Assembly: GCA_030603365.1 (NCBI GenBank)
Contig: JAUVXV010000001.1
Span: 96,001-160,000, forward strand
Direction of reading: 5' to 3'
Source of the DNA: Candidatus Heimdallarchaeota archaeon
Lineage (GTDB): Archaea; Asgardarchaeota; Heimdallarchaeia; Heimdallarchaeales; Heimdallarchaeaceae
DNA: 64,000 bases
Position numbers and translations under genes: made by a program. The notes beneath the pieces were generated by a model. That model made no database searches and was not told the origin of the DNA. It saw only the letters and a list, made by a program, of their open reading frames with translations. Below are positions 1 through 8,429 of this stretch, one piece after another. How positions within the stretch are numbered: position 1 is the stretch's first letter; the number at the start of each line of letters is the position of its first letter.

Positions 1-2
1 GC

Positions 3-428
3 TACTGTACTTTCAATTTCAAATATTTGAGCAATATTTCTGTTTCTGAGATCTAAGAATCGATAATCATACCTTTTATCTGGATTAGTTTCTATTTTCT
101 CCGTTACTGCTATTGGATACTCCTGAGTCCTTTTATTTAGAACTTCTATGTCCTCTGGAAGAATTTCCTTCCCTTTGGGAGCACTCTCATTAGATACAAT
201 TTTCCCCTTAACTAATAATATGTCTCCTTCTTGGTAATCAACTTCGAAAATCTCTGGAGTGACTTTCTTTTTTGGTAATACTATCTGTACAACACCAGAC
301 CTATCTTGTAGTTGAAGGAATTTTAAACCTCCAAGATCTCGAACTTGCTTAATCCAACCAGCTATAGTTGCTTCTTCTAAGTCTTCAAAAAATACTTTGT
401 TGATAGCAATTCTTGCATGTAAATCCAT
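3..428 (-). CDS. aspS: Aspartyl-tRNA synthetase, N-terminal part (truncated by window edge)
   Basis: Manual translation from ATG at 428: MDLHARIA...IAGWIKQVRDLGGLKFLQLQDRSG...YRFLDLRN, the OB-fold signature of AspRS/AsnRS. Confidence 0.8.
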   Translation of the reverse strand, partial: MDLHARIAINKVFFEDLEEATIAGWIKQVRDLGGLKFLQLQDRSGVVQIVLPKKKVTPEIFEVDYQEGDILLVKGKIVSNESAPKGKEILPEDIEVLNKRTQEYPIAVTEKIETNPDKRYDYRFLDLRNRNIAQIFEIESTV

Positions 429-568
429 TTGCTGTCCTCTTTTTTATGTTTGCAACTTTGATATTTAATTAAAAAAGGTTCTCATTTTTGTTGTATTTTC
501 TAGAAAAACATTATAAAAGAGAAAAAACATTATGTATTATATCAACAAAATAGGTTTAAGCGATATAT

Positions 569-1258
569 ATGAAGAAGATTGTAATCAAATTTGGTGGATC
601 TGTTTTATATAAGGAAAACATGGAATTGAATGTTGATAGAATCAGAGAAATAGTGGATGCTATTATTGTACTTCATGAGGATGGTTATAAACTTGCAATA
701 GTTGTTGGAGGAGGTAAATTAGCTCGTGTCATTATTCAAGCAAGTGATGTTCTTGGACATGCAGCAACATTCAAAGATATTCTTGCTGTCGAATCTACAA
801 GAATTCATGCTTTACTAGTCATTGCCTCATTAAAGAATAAAGCATATTTACTTGTACCAAGATCATTTGAAGATATAGGAAAAGCTCTCTCCACTGGTAA
901 AATAGTTGTTACTGGTGGATTACAACCTGGACAGTCCACAAGTGCGGTTGCTGCACTTGTTGCAGAATATTGGGGTGCAGATTTACTGCTTAATCTAACA
1001 AACGTGGATAAGGTCTTCGATAAAGATCCGAAAAAGTTTCCAGATGCCAAAGAACTAGATAGAATATCAGCTGAAGAACTACTAGATATAATCTCAAAGC
1101 AAGAAGAGGAACCAGGAAAATATGCCTTATTTGATAAAGTTGGATGCGAGATAATAAAGAGATCTCGATTAAAAGTAGTATTTGCTAATGGTCAAGATCC
1201 ATCTAATATATTCAAGGCAGTGAAAGGAGAATCTGTAGGAACATTAGTTTCTGACTAA
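569..1258 (+). CDS. pyrH: UMP kinase (archaeal)
   Basis: IVIKFGGS, VVGGGKLAR, GGLQPGQST, NVDKVFDKDPKKFPDA motifs. Confidence 0.93.
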   Translation: MKKIVIKFGGSVLYKENMELNVDRIREIVDAIIVLHEDGYKLAIVVGGGKLARVIIQASDVLGHAATFKDILAVESTRIHALLVIASLKNKAYLLVPRSFEDIGKALSTGKIVVTGGLQPGQSTSAVAALVAEYWGADLLLNLTNVDKVFDKDPKKFPDAKELDRISAEELLDIISKQEEEPGKYALFDKVGCEIIKRSRLKVVFANGQDPSNIFKAVKGESVGTLVSD

Positions 1259-1277
1259 TTCTCTCTTATTTTTCGTC

Positions 1278-2561
1278 TTAGTAATTGTCATACGACTTGT
1301 AACGCAAAATCGCTGCTATTCCACCAAATGTATTATAGAGCATAGCTCCATCATCATGATCTGTTGATATTACTTCTAGTGTAGCATTTGTTTTTGTTGC
1401 AAGTTCATTTAATTCTGTAATTAAGTCCATCTCACTCTCAATGTACATTCGAGAATTACTGCATTCGGGGCAATTTCTATCTGACAGTTTTTTAACAAAA
1501 TTATTGTAATCTCTTGTTTTGACTGATTCTTCAGTTGTATACTCACAGTTGTCACATTTAATTTCAAGTGTAACACGATCAACGTCTTCACTAGCAAGTA
1601 CAATGTCAACAGAAGCTTTTTCTAAAGCATCTTTAACGAATTTTTCTCCATATGTAGCTAATCCTGTATCTTTCCCTAAGTGTTCCATAAATTTCTCCAT
1701 TAACAGCCTTTCTTTTACAAGATCAAAATCAGCTAACTTGTCCTGCGCTTTCCCCAATAGTTCTCTCATCCCTTGTAATCCTCCGTATCCAACATCATAT
1801 ATTCCAATAACTTTTTCTTGCACACGATAATCTATTTCTTTACTTTCCAAATATTGTGATTTGGACAGTGCAGGACCACCTATAATTATCGCTTCCACAG
1901 GAAAATCTTCTAGATAGATTTTGTTCATTTTATCTGCAACTTTGGTGTACCACTTTTGTGCTGCTTCTTCTATCAATCTTTGAAAACGTGCTTGTGATTG
2001 ACCACCCATTTTATGTTTCCCAGGAACATGTGAATCTTCCTCCCAGTAAATGTCAATTTTAGAGCCTTGAACTGCTGCGATAGTTGCTGTTCCTCGAGCT
2101 ACAATTGCTAATCCATAACGTTGTTTACTCTCTAACATCTCTTTTAAGTGTTCAACAAGGAAAATCTGATCACAACGATATAATTTTATGCCAACTGGAT
2201 CTGGAGGAGAAATGGAAAAATACTCAATTTTATTGTTCTGAGTAAGTCCACAGAAGATGACTAAGCCATGTTCACCTGCATTCTTGATAGTTTTCATTCT
2301 AGATAGAATTGATGAGATTGCAGATTGAATAGCTTTACCTGTACTTTTATCCTTGATATTTGTTGCAGTTCCATATTCATTTTTAAGTTGAGAGGTGATA
2401 TCATGAATTCTTGTACCTGGTGGAATGTATAAGGAGATCAAACTTGTAGACATATTGAAACTTCTTCTTGCTTCCAGTTTTGCGATATCGTGTTTCAACA
2501 TATATCTTTCAACAGAACTTCTCTTCTTTTCTTGTTGTTGAGTCATTTTCTTTCTTCTCAA
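1278..2561 (-). CDS. prf1: Peptide chain release factor aRF1
   Basis: LISLYIP, NIKD, YRCD, GGQS motifs; C-terminal CxxC..CxxC minidomain; FGGIAAILRY. Confidence 0.97.
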   Translation of the reverse strand: MRRKKMTQQQEKKRSSVERYMLKHDIAKLEARRSFNMSTSLISLYIPPGTRIHDITSQLKNEYGTATNIKDKSTGKAIQSAISSILSRMKTIKNAGEHGLVIFCGLTQNNKIEYFSISPPDPVGIKLYRCDQIFLVEHLKEMLESKQRYGLAIVARGTATIAAVQGSKIDIYWEEDSHVPGKHKMGGQSQARFQRLIEEAAQKWYTKVADKMNKIYLEDFPVEAIIIGGPALSKSQYLESKEIDYRVQEKVIGIYDVGYGGLQGMRELLGKAQDKLADFDLVKERLLMEKFMEHLGKDTGLATYGEKFVKDALEKASVDIVLASEDVDRVTLEIKCDNCEYTTEESVKTRDYNNFVKKLSDRNCPECSNSRMYIESEMDLITELNELATKTNATLEVISTDHDDGAMLYNTFGGIAAILRYKSYDNY

Positions 2562-2710
2562 ATATTATATGATGTGAAAATCTTCAATTAGATTGACATA
2601 TTCATTTTAGATAAAGAACAAAAATTTCTTATTATCCTTTTGGATATGCGATTTTTTGATGTTTTTTGAAAACCAGAGAAATATTTTAGAAAGATTAACT
2701 AAATATTATA

Positions 2711-2974
2711 TTGACTATTATGGTTATGAAAGAACAAATAGAGGTTGACTTACTAGATATTTTTGTGTCTTTGAATAGGGGATTGAATATTTCTGATATA
2801 TCTTTTCAACTCAATAATCTATATGCCCCTAAAGGGGAATCAGCAGAGCCTGAAATGATTTTAGCAGTGTTAAATGCTCTGACAGAAAAGGAATTCTTAA
2901 GAAAATTTCAAGTAGGGACTTTGGATAGTTGGAAAATAACAGAAGACGGAGAAGATTATTTCTATAGTCTTTAA
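2711..2974 (+). CDS. Small hypothetical protein, winged-helix-like
   Basis: 87 aa; helical pattern ending WKITEDG, typical of a wHTH wing. Confidence 0.5.
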   Translation: MTIMVMKEQIEVDLLDIFVSLNRGLNISDISFQLNNLYAPKGESAEPEMILAVLNALTEKEFLRKFQVGTLDSWKITEDGEDYFYSL

Positions 2975-2999
2975 CGCAATCTAAAGTGAGAAGAGATAG

Positions 3000-3758
3000 A
3001 TGGATTTAAGGGAAAGTCTTGGATTGCCTGTAGAGAGCGAAAATACAGTTCTCCAATATGATAATAATGAAATTAGTGTAAAGAATATATTTGTGTACAA
3101 AGTGAAGGATATAGAATCAAGCTTAAGCCAAAAGGAATGGGAAGGGAAAGATAACGATGAAGAGGTTTTCAGAGTCTATGAGGGGTTGAGGAGAGTTGAA
3201 GATAAAGAACTGTGGGATACTATACGGTTTGATGTGATAATTATACAGCCAGGACATTTGGGTGCTAACTACAAGAGTACCCCTGGTTATTATAGATCTG
3301 TTGCAGAAAATGGCTATAACTATCCGGAAATCTACCAAGTTGTAGATGGATATGCTGAATTTTTACTACAACAACCAGGAGAAAAACATGAATTGGTAAA
3401 AGATGCAATTATGTTAAGAGTTCAGAAATTTGATGCCATTATTATACCTCCAGTATATGGTGTTTCTATAATAAATCCAAGTGAGAAACAAACCATATTA
3501 GCAAGAATAAGAGCAGATGAAGCAAAAGAAATAACAGAACGATATGAAAGAACAGAAGGAACATGTTACAGTAGGAGGGTGGAAGGAAGGTGGGAGTATA
3601 ATGAAAATTATGAAGAAATACCTCAATTAAGGTTAGGGGAGCCACAGAATAAATGGAAAACAGTCAAGCGAGGAATACCAATTTATGCATCATACGTATA
3701 TAGACCCAAACATTTCAGATCATTGGTAGAGCCTGATCCCGCAGAATTCCTATTGTAA
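3000..3758 (+). CDS. Cupin-type glucose-6-phosphate isomerase family protein (metal ligands degenerate)
   Basis: RFDVIIIQPG, STPGYY, YPEIYQVVDGYAEFLLQ, IIPPVYG resemble the GPI cupin family. Confidence 0.7.
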   Translation: MDLRESLGLPVESENTVLQYDNNEISVKNIFVYKVKDIESSLSQKEWEGKDNDEEVFRVYEGLRRVEDKELWDTIRFDVIIIQPGHLGANYKSTPGYYRSVAENGYNYPEIYQVVDGYAEFLLQQPGEKHELVKDAIMLRVQKFDAIIIPPVYGVSIINPSEKQTILARIRADEAKEITERYERTEGTCYSRRVEGRWEYNENYEEIPQLRLGEPQNKWKTVKRGIPIYASYVYRPKHFRSLVEPDPAEFLL

Positions 3759-3764
3759 CAAAGT

Positions 3765-4256
3765 TCATTCATCTGCTCCATAAATTTCTTTGTCAGTCCA
3801 TCCAGTCGAACGTTTAAGTAGCCATTGTAATTGTCCTAAATGTCTGTGTTCATGGTTGATTAGACGTACTAAATAAATACGTCTTTGCATTTTTCCTTTC
3901 CACATGTCAATATGTTCTTCTTCTTGTTCAAGTGTAAGTAAAGATAGACGTTCATTAAGAACAGGAGAAATTTTGTTGAATTCGTCAATTATTTCCTCTA
4001 GAGTAGCTTGATTATCTACCTTTTCTTCAAGATCAAAAGCAAACCCAGAAGGGTCCAATGACGCACCTGGGAGTTTATCAAGAATCCACCATATGTTCAT
4101 AAGGAGATGTCGAAATATTAGTTCAGGAGACCAGGTATCCTCAATAATAGAGCTGTAGAAATGTTTCTTGTCAATTTTTTGAAAAAAACCTAAGGTCTTC
4201 ACTCTATCTTCTTCAACTATATTGTAAAGATGCTGAATAGAAATCATCGATATCAA
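3765..4256 (-). CDS. DinB/YfiT family protein
   Basis: WSPELIFRHL and HEHRHLGQL metal-binding motifs. Confidence 0.8.
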   Translation of the reverse strand: MISMISIQHLYNIVEEDRVKTLGFFQKIDKKHFYSSIIEDTWSPELIFRHLLMNIWWILDKLPGASLDPSGFAFDLEEKVDNQATLEEIIDEFNKISPVLNERLSLLTLEQEEEHIDMWKGKMQRRIYLVRLINHEHRHLGQLQWLLKRSTGWTDKEIYGADE

Positions 4257-4359
4257 GAAGTTCAGTGTTTAGACACTTATATTTATTATATTTTATAATT
4301 GTGAAGAAAGTAGTAAAAAAAGTACAAAAACTATAAAATCTAAGTAAAGCAAAGAAAAA

Positions 4360-4468
4360 TGGTGGGGCATAACAGATTTGAACTGTCGACCCCCCGGTCT
4401 CGAATTAAAATCCTTTCAAGAATTTTAAATATCAGCCGAGTGCTCTAACCAAGCTGAGCTAATGCCCC
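4360..4468 (-). tRNA. tRNA-Ile(GAT) with 31-nt intron at canonical 37/38 position (4399-4429); CCA encoded
   Basis: Minus strand GGGGCAT...ATGCCCCACCA acceptor; anticodon arm CTCGG-CT-GAT-A[intron]A-CCGGG; T-loop GTTCAAAT; self-complementary intron. Confidence 0.95.
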
Positions 4469-4593
4469 GTTCTTACTGCATTCTTCCTAATTTATTACTT
4501 TTAAAAATGTTTTCTTATAATTCCAAAAAAAAGAAGGAAAGGAATAGTAATAGATTAAAACACCCATACTTCTACGTTTATTATGGTGTTCAA

Positions 4594-4968
4594 ATGAGTT
4601 CTGAAGATGTTGAACTTGTCAATGAAGCTCTAGATATCTATTTTGAAGGGAATAAGGAGCTCAATGCTAAAAAGATCCTCTCTGTTTGGGATAAAGATTT
4701 GAAAATTATCTCAACAGAAAGAACACAAGGTCCTCAAGCTTGGATAGAAATGGAAGAACACTATAAAAAGGAAATAAACAATGATATGAGTAAATGGGAT
4801 ATAAGCTTCAACACTATCACCATAGATGTTTTTAGAAATTGTGCATCAGTTCGATTGGATGTGAAATATAAACTTGATTCCAAAGAATTTAGTGAAACTC
4901 AGTTTCTACACATGTTAAAGAAAGAAAGCACTTGGTTAATTTATAGTAAGATTTTTGTTTTTTACTAA
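4594..4968 (+). CDS. NTF2-like / lumazine-binding family protein
   Basis: Start taken at ATG 4594 because the ORF-track extension overlaps the tRNA; IDVFRNCASVRL...FLHMLKKESTWLIYSK pattern. Confidence 0.7.
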   Translation: MSSEDVELVNEALDIYFEGNKELNAKKILSVWDKDLKIISTERTQGPQAWIEMEEHYKKEINNDMSKWDISFNTITIDVFRNCASVRLDVKYKLDSKEFSETQFLHMLKKESTWLIYSKIFVFY

Positions 4969-5198
4969 TTGTCCAAGCAATTACTACATCTATCTTCCTT
5001 TGGTTTATAAAAAGGAGATTTTTTCTCGTTTTTCAACATTCGAATCAATCTATCTACCCCCTCAATTTCTTTTACACTTACTCCTGGTTTTTCTTGCAGT
5101 AAATCATGAAATCTTAAAACTTTATTTTTACTATCTACATTAATAACTATTTTAGGGATTGATTCAATTTCTCTTTCAGTTTCATCAGTCATTTGCAA
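4965..5198 (-). CDS. Hypothetical protein
   Basis: 77-aa ORF filling the gap, 4-nt convergent overlap with the neighbour. Confidence 0.4.
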   Translation of the reverse strand: MQMTDETEREIESIPKIVINVDSKNKVLRFHDLLQEKPGVSVKEIEGVDRLIRMLKNEKKSPFYKPKEDRCSNCLDN

Positions 5199-5320
5199 AT
5201 ACCACTATTGCTTTAGCTCCCAATCTGAATTTTGCATATGATTGGATGTATTACTTGCGTATTTGCCAGATAATTATTATAAACAATTAAGATTTTATAC
5301 TTTACTTGTTCTGTTTTCTT

Positions 5321-5749
5321 ATGTGCCCATCAAAAGATTCTGATGCTTCTATCAAAGCAGGTGCAGATTTATTGTTGAAAGGATGGAAGATGTTGAACAA
5401 AGCTTGCCCTGATTGCATTGAGCCCTTATATGAACGGGATGGAAGAGTAGTTTGTGTGCACTGCAAAAAACAATATGTTATGGTAGACTCAACCGCAGAA
5501 ATCCCACAAAAAGACCAATCTAATCAAGTTCAAAACATTTCCCAACAATCTCCACACTTGCCAAAATCTATGTCCTCATTTGATTTCAGTTCCCTTCCTT
5601 CTGCTCTTGCTGATTCAGCTAAAATAATGCTACACAAGATAACTGATCTCAATGTTAGATTAAAAGAATCAACTGATCCTAAAGAAATAGTTGAATTATC
5701 ATCATCTATTCGTTCTCTTGTTGATTCTCTTCGTTCTTTGACCTCTTAG
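5321..5749 (+). CDS. SSSCA1/UPF0148 (autoantigen p27) Zn-ribbon protein
   Basis: LLLKGWKMLNKACPDCIEPLYERDGRVVCVHC signature. Confidence 0.85.
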   Translation: MCPSKDSDASIKAGADLLLKGWKMLNKACPDCIEPLYERDGRVVCVHCKKQYVMVDSTAEIPQKDQSNQVQNISQQSPHLPKSMSSFDFSSLPSALADSAKIMLHKITDLNVRLKESTDPKEIVELSSSIRSLVDSLRSLTS

Positions 5750-8186
5750 ATGCTTTCTCTCTTTTATCTTTTCTCAGGAAGTCTAAGTCCTCTTTCATAG
5801 TACTAGTTTCTTCTCCCGTTTCTATTTCGTTATAGTTACTATAAATATAATCTATAATATCTGAAGCAATTTTTTCTCCTATTCCTCTTACTTCAAAGAA
5901 ATCTTCTAAGTTAGCTGTCATTATATTTCGGATAGAACCAAAATGCTTCAGTAATCGATTTGAAATTTTGTGATCAATATGCGGTAAAGAAGCTATTGTC
6001 TCTTCCAGCTGAATTTTAAGACCCATTCCTTTTCTTTTACCTATAGTTATTCTTCTTTTTCTCTCTTCTTGTTCTCTTCTTGCAAAAGAAAATAGAATTT
6101 CCGCTGTTTCCTTCTGATTTCTAGTATATATTATTGGTAATCGGAAATCTGTTGCTAAGGATGTTAATGCTCCTGCAAGTGCGTGTGGATGAAGAGATGA
6201 ACTGAAAAGATTCAAATCACCTTCTATAATTAGAACAGGCTTGGAACAGCTTTCTACCATCGCTTTCGTTTGTGTAAATAATCTTTTGTCAATTATCGAC
6301 TTCACAAAATCCTCTTCGGTTTTTCTTTCTACAATTATTTGATCAGAACAAATATAATCTCCAAAATCTAATCTTTCAAAACCAATTTCCACTTCTTTTT
6401 TCATTAGTTCTTTAATTACAACAGAGTTTCTTTCTCTACTGTCACATATTATTTTGATTTTTCCTTCTTCTTTCTCAAATATTATTTCTTTCTTCTCTTC
6501 TTCAAAATCTTCTATAACCTGTTCCTTGTCCTCTTTTACAATTGAAGCCTTTTCTGCTTCTTTGAGAAAATCGACAATACCTTTTTGTTGATCTTTCTTT
6601 GGTTGTTTTCTAGAGCCTTTGTGTCCATCTAGTTTCTTGACTAGTTTTCTCATTTTTTGAGTTTGCCTTTTCGAAGCCCACATATATGCTTCATCCCTTG
6701 TCCCCTCCGCGATTAGCATGATCACTTTGCCTTCTTTTCTTCTTCCAGTTCTTCCTTTTCTTTGAATTAATCGTATCGCACTGGGGACTGCATCGTAAAA
6801 AACTACAAGCTCACATTCTCCTATGTCTAGCCCTTCTTCAGCTACACTAGTTGAAACTAATACATTATATGTCCCATCACGAAATTCTTGCATAATTTCT
6901 ATCTGTTCTTTTTGAGATAGTCCTTTGTCTCCTCGGGCTGATGACTGTCCCACAAACCAATGGCTATTAATCCCTTTAATTTTACTTAATTCATCACTAA
7001 TCATTTTTGCTGTCACTCTGAAATGTGCAAAAACTAGAATTCTATTATTGGGATTATTTTTTAATTCTTCAGATATCAGTTCCCTAAGTCTTTCAATTTT
7101 AGGATGGATTATTTTATCTTCTTGAAGCTTTTGAACTGATTCCACGACTTTTCGCATCTCTTCAGAAAACATGAGGTCTTTAAGTGCTCTACTCCCTTTC
7201 CCAAATTTTATTTCGTTTATTTGACCCTCTAAGTATTTGCTTAATGATGGTATTCCTTGTGTTTCAATAAGCTCAGTAGCGTGAGATAGCCTAATTGAAT
7301 TGCCTACTAAAGACATTGCTCTAAAGAATTCCGACCTATCTTCTGTATTTTCACTAAATTTCTCGTTAACTCTAGCTCTTAATTGTAAAAGTTCTTTTCT
7401 TGGATTGTTCTTTGGTTGAGCAGATGCGATTATCTCTAATTCTTTTAACCCTTCTAGAATTATTTTGAAAAGATCATTTAGTGTATCTATTATTACCTTA
7501 AATTCCTCAGCAAGAGGAATTATCTCCCAGTTTTCTTTTATCTCATGAATGTATTGTCTAACATCATCAGAACTTTCATCTCTCATTTCAACATTTGTGA
7601 TATAGAGATTGTTTTGGACATCTTCTATGCGTTCAATTTTAGATCCTGGACTTGCGGTTAATCCAAGCAAAAGCGAATTTTTTGCTTTCTTATGATATTG
7701 ATCAGCTATGAACACATAACTGTGATCTCCCACACTTTTATGAGCCTCATCTAAGCATAGAAAAACTATTTCGTCAAGTTTGACTCTTCTTTGGATTATG
7801 TCATTTTGAATGGTTTGGGGGGTACAGATGAATACTTTACCTTGTTCCCATATCTCTTTTCTTTTCTTTGGGTCTATCTGTCCAGAAACCTGAATTATTG
7901 TTTCTGTATCAATATTCAGGGATTCTTTTAGTGTACGCTCGTGTTGATCCAGCAAAGGTTTTGTAGGGGCACAAAAAACAATTTTTCCTTCTGGATATTT
8001 TTCTAAACGGTGAGCAGCTATCATTAAAAACAAAACAGTTTTTCCCAAACCTGTAGGTAGAACAACAAGTGAGTTTTCCTTAATACATGAAGCAAATAGT
8101 GTCTGCTGGTATAATCTAGCTTCAACTTTATTTGTTTTGATAAGTGGATGGTTAAGGTATTCTGTTTGATTCATAAGAAAACACAT
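5706..8186 (-). CDS. hef: Hef: FANCM-like DEAH helicase fused to ERCC4/XPF nuclease and HhH
   Basis: LPTGLGKT, DEAH, QRKGRTGR; GDY..IVERKT nuclease motif; C-terminal HhH. Confidence 0.95.
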   Translation of the reverse strand: MCFLMNQTEYLNHPLIKTNKVEARLYQQTLFASCIKENSLVVLPTGLGKTVLFLMIAAHRLEKYPEGKIVFCAPTKPLLDQHERTLKESLNIDTETIIQVSGQIDPKKRKEIWEQGKVFICTPQTIQNDIIQRRVKLDEIVFLCLDEAHKSVGDHSYVFIADQYHKKAKNSLLLGLTASPGSKIERIEDVQNNLYITNVEMRDESSDDVRQYIHEIKENWEIIPLAEEFKVIIDTLNDLFKIILEGLKELEIIASAQPKNNPRKELLQLRARVNEKFSENTEDRSEFFRAMSLVGNSIRLSHATELIETQGIPSLSKYLEGQINEIKFGKGSRALKDLMFSEEMRKVVESVQKLQEDKIIHPKIERLRELISEELKNNPNNRILVFAHFRVTAKMISDELSKIKGINSHWFVGQSSARGDKGLSQKEQIEIMQEFRDGTYNVLVSTSVAEEGLDIGECELVVFYDAVPSAIRLIQRKGRTGRRKEGKVIMLIAEGTRDEAYMWASKRQTQKMRKLVKKLDGHKGSRKQPKKDQQKGIVDFLKEAEKASIVKEDKEQVIEDFEEEKKEIIFEKEEGKIKIICDSRERNSVVIKELMKKEVEIGFERLDFGDYICSDQIIVERKTEEDFVKSIIDKRLFTQTKAMVESCSKPVLIIEGDLNLFSSSLHPHALAGALTSLATDFRLPIIYTRNQKETAEILFSFARREQEERKRRITIGKRKGMGLKIQLEETIASLPHIDHKISNRLLKHFGSIRNIMTANLEDFFEVRGIGEKIASDIIDYIYSNYNEIETGEETSTMKEDLDFLRKDKREKASKRSKNEENQQENE

Positions 8187-8429
8187 TCACTGTAGCATAA
8201 GATGTTCTTTTTTTTAATATTTAAACTATTAACTCTTTATTATATCTATGTTATATAATTTATTGATTAAAGCTCGTTATGTTAATTATGAAGAAAGTAG
8301 TATTCAAGTCAATAATTCTTGACGATTATATTAAAAAGGTCTTAATAATAGTGAATATTGATACAACGATTATAATTGGGTGATAAATCACTCAATTTTT
8401 AAATCAAAAATATCGACCTATACAAAAAG

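Noticed and set aside
1278-2561. aRF1 NIKD instead of NIKS as a sign of an altered genetic code
   Set aside because: All three stop codons terminate conserved genes in this window; no evidence of reassignment.
4399-4429. tRNA-Ile intron as a novelty
   Set aside because: Canonical 37/38 archaeal intron.
4462-4593. N-terminal extension of ORF 4462-4968
   Set aside because: Overlaps the tRNA-Ile 5' end and its promoter region; ATG 4594 is more plausible.
5190-5237. In-frame upstream ATG and TAG before the 77-aa ORF (possible amber readthrough)
   Set aside because: Only 10 codons, no pyl genes in the window, and an SD-like GTGGT follows the TAG; likely chance.
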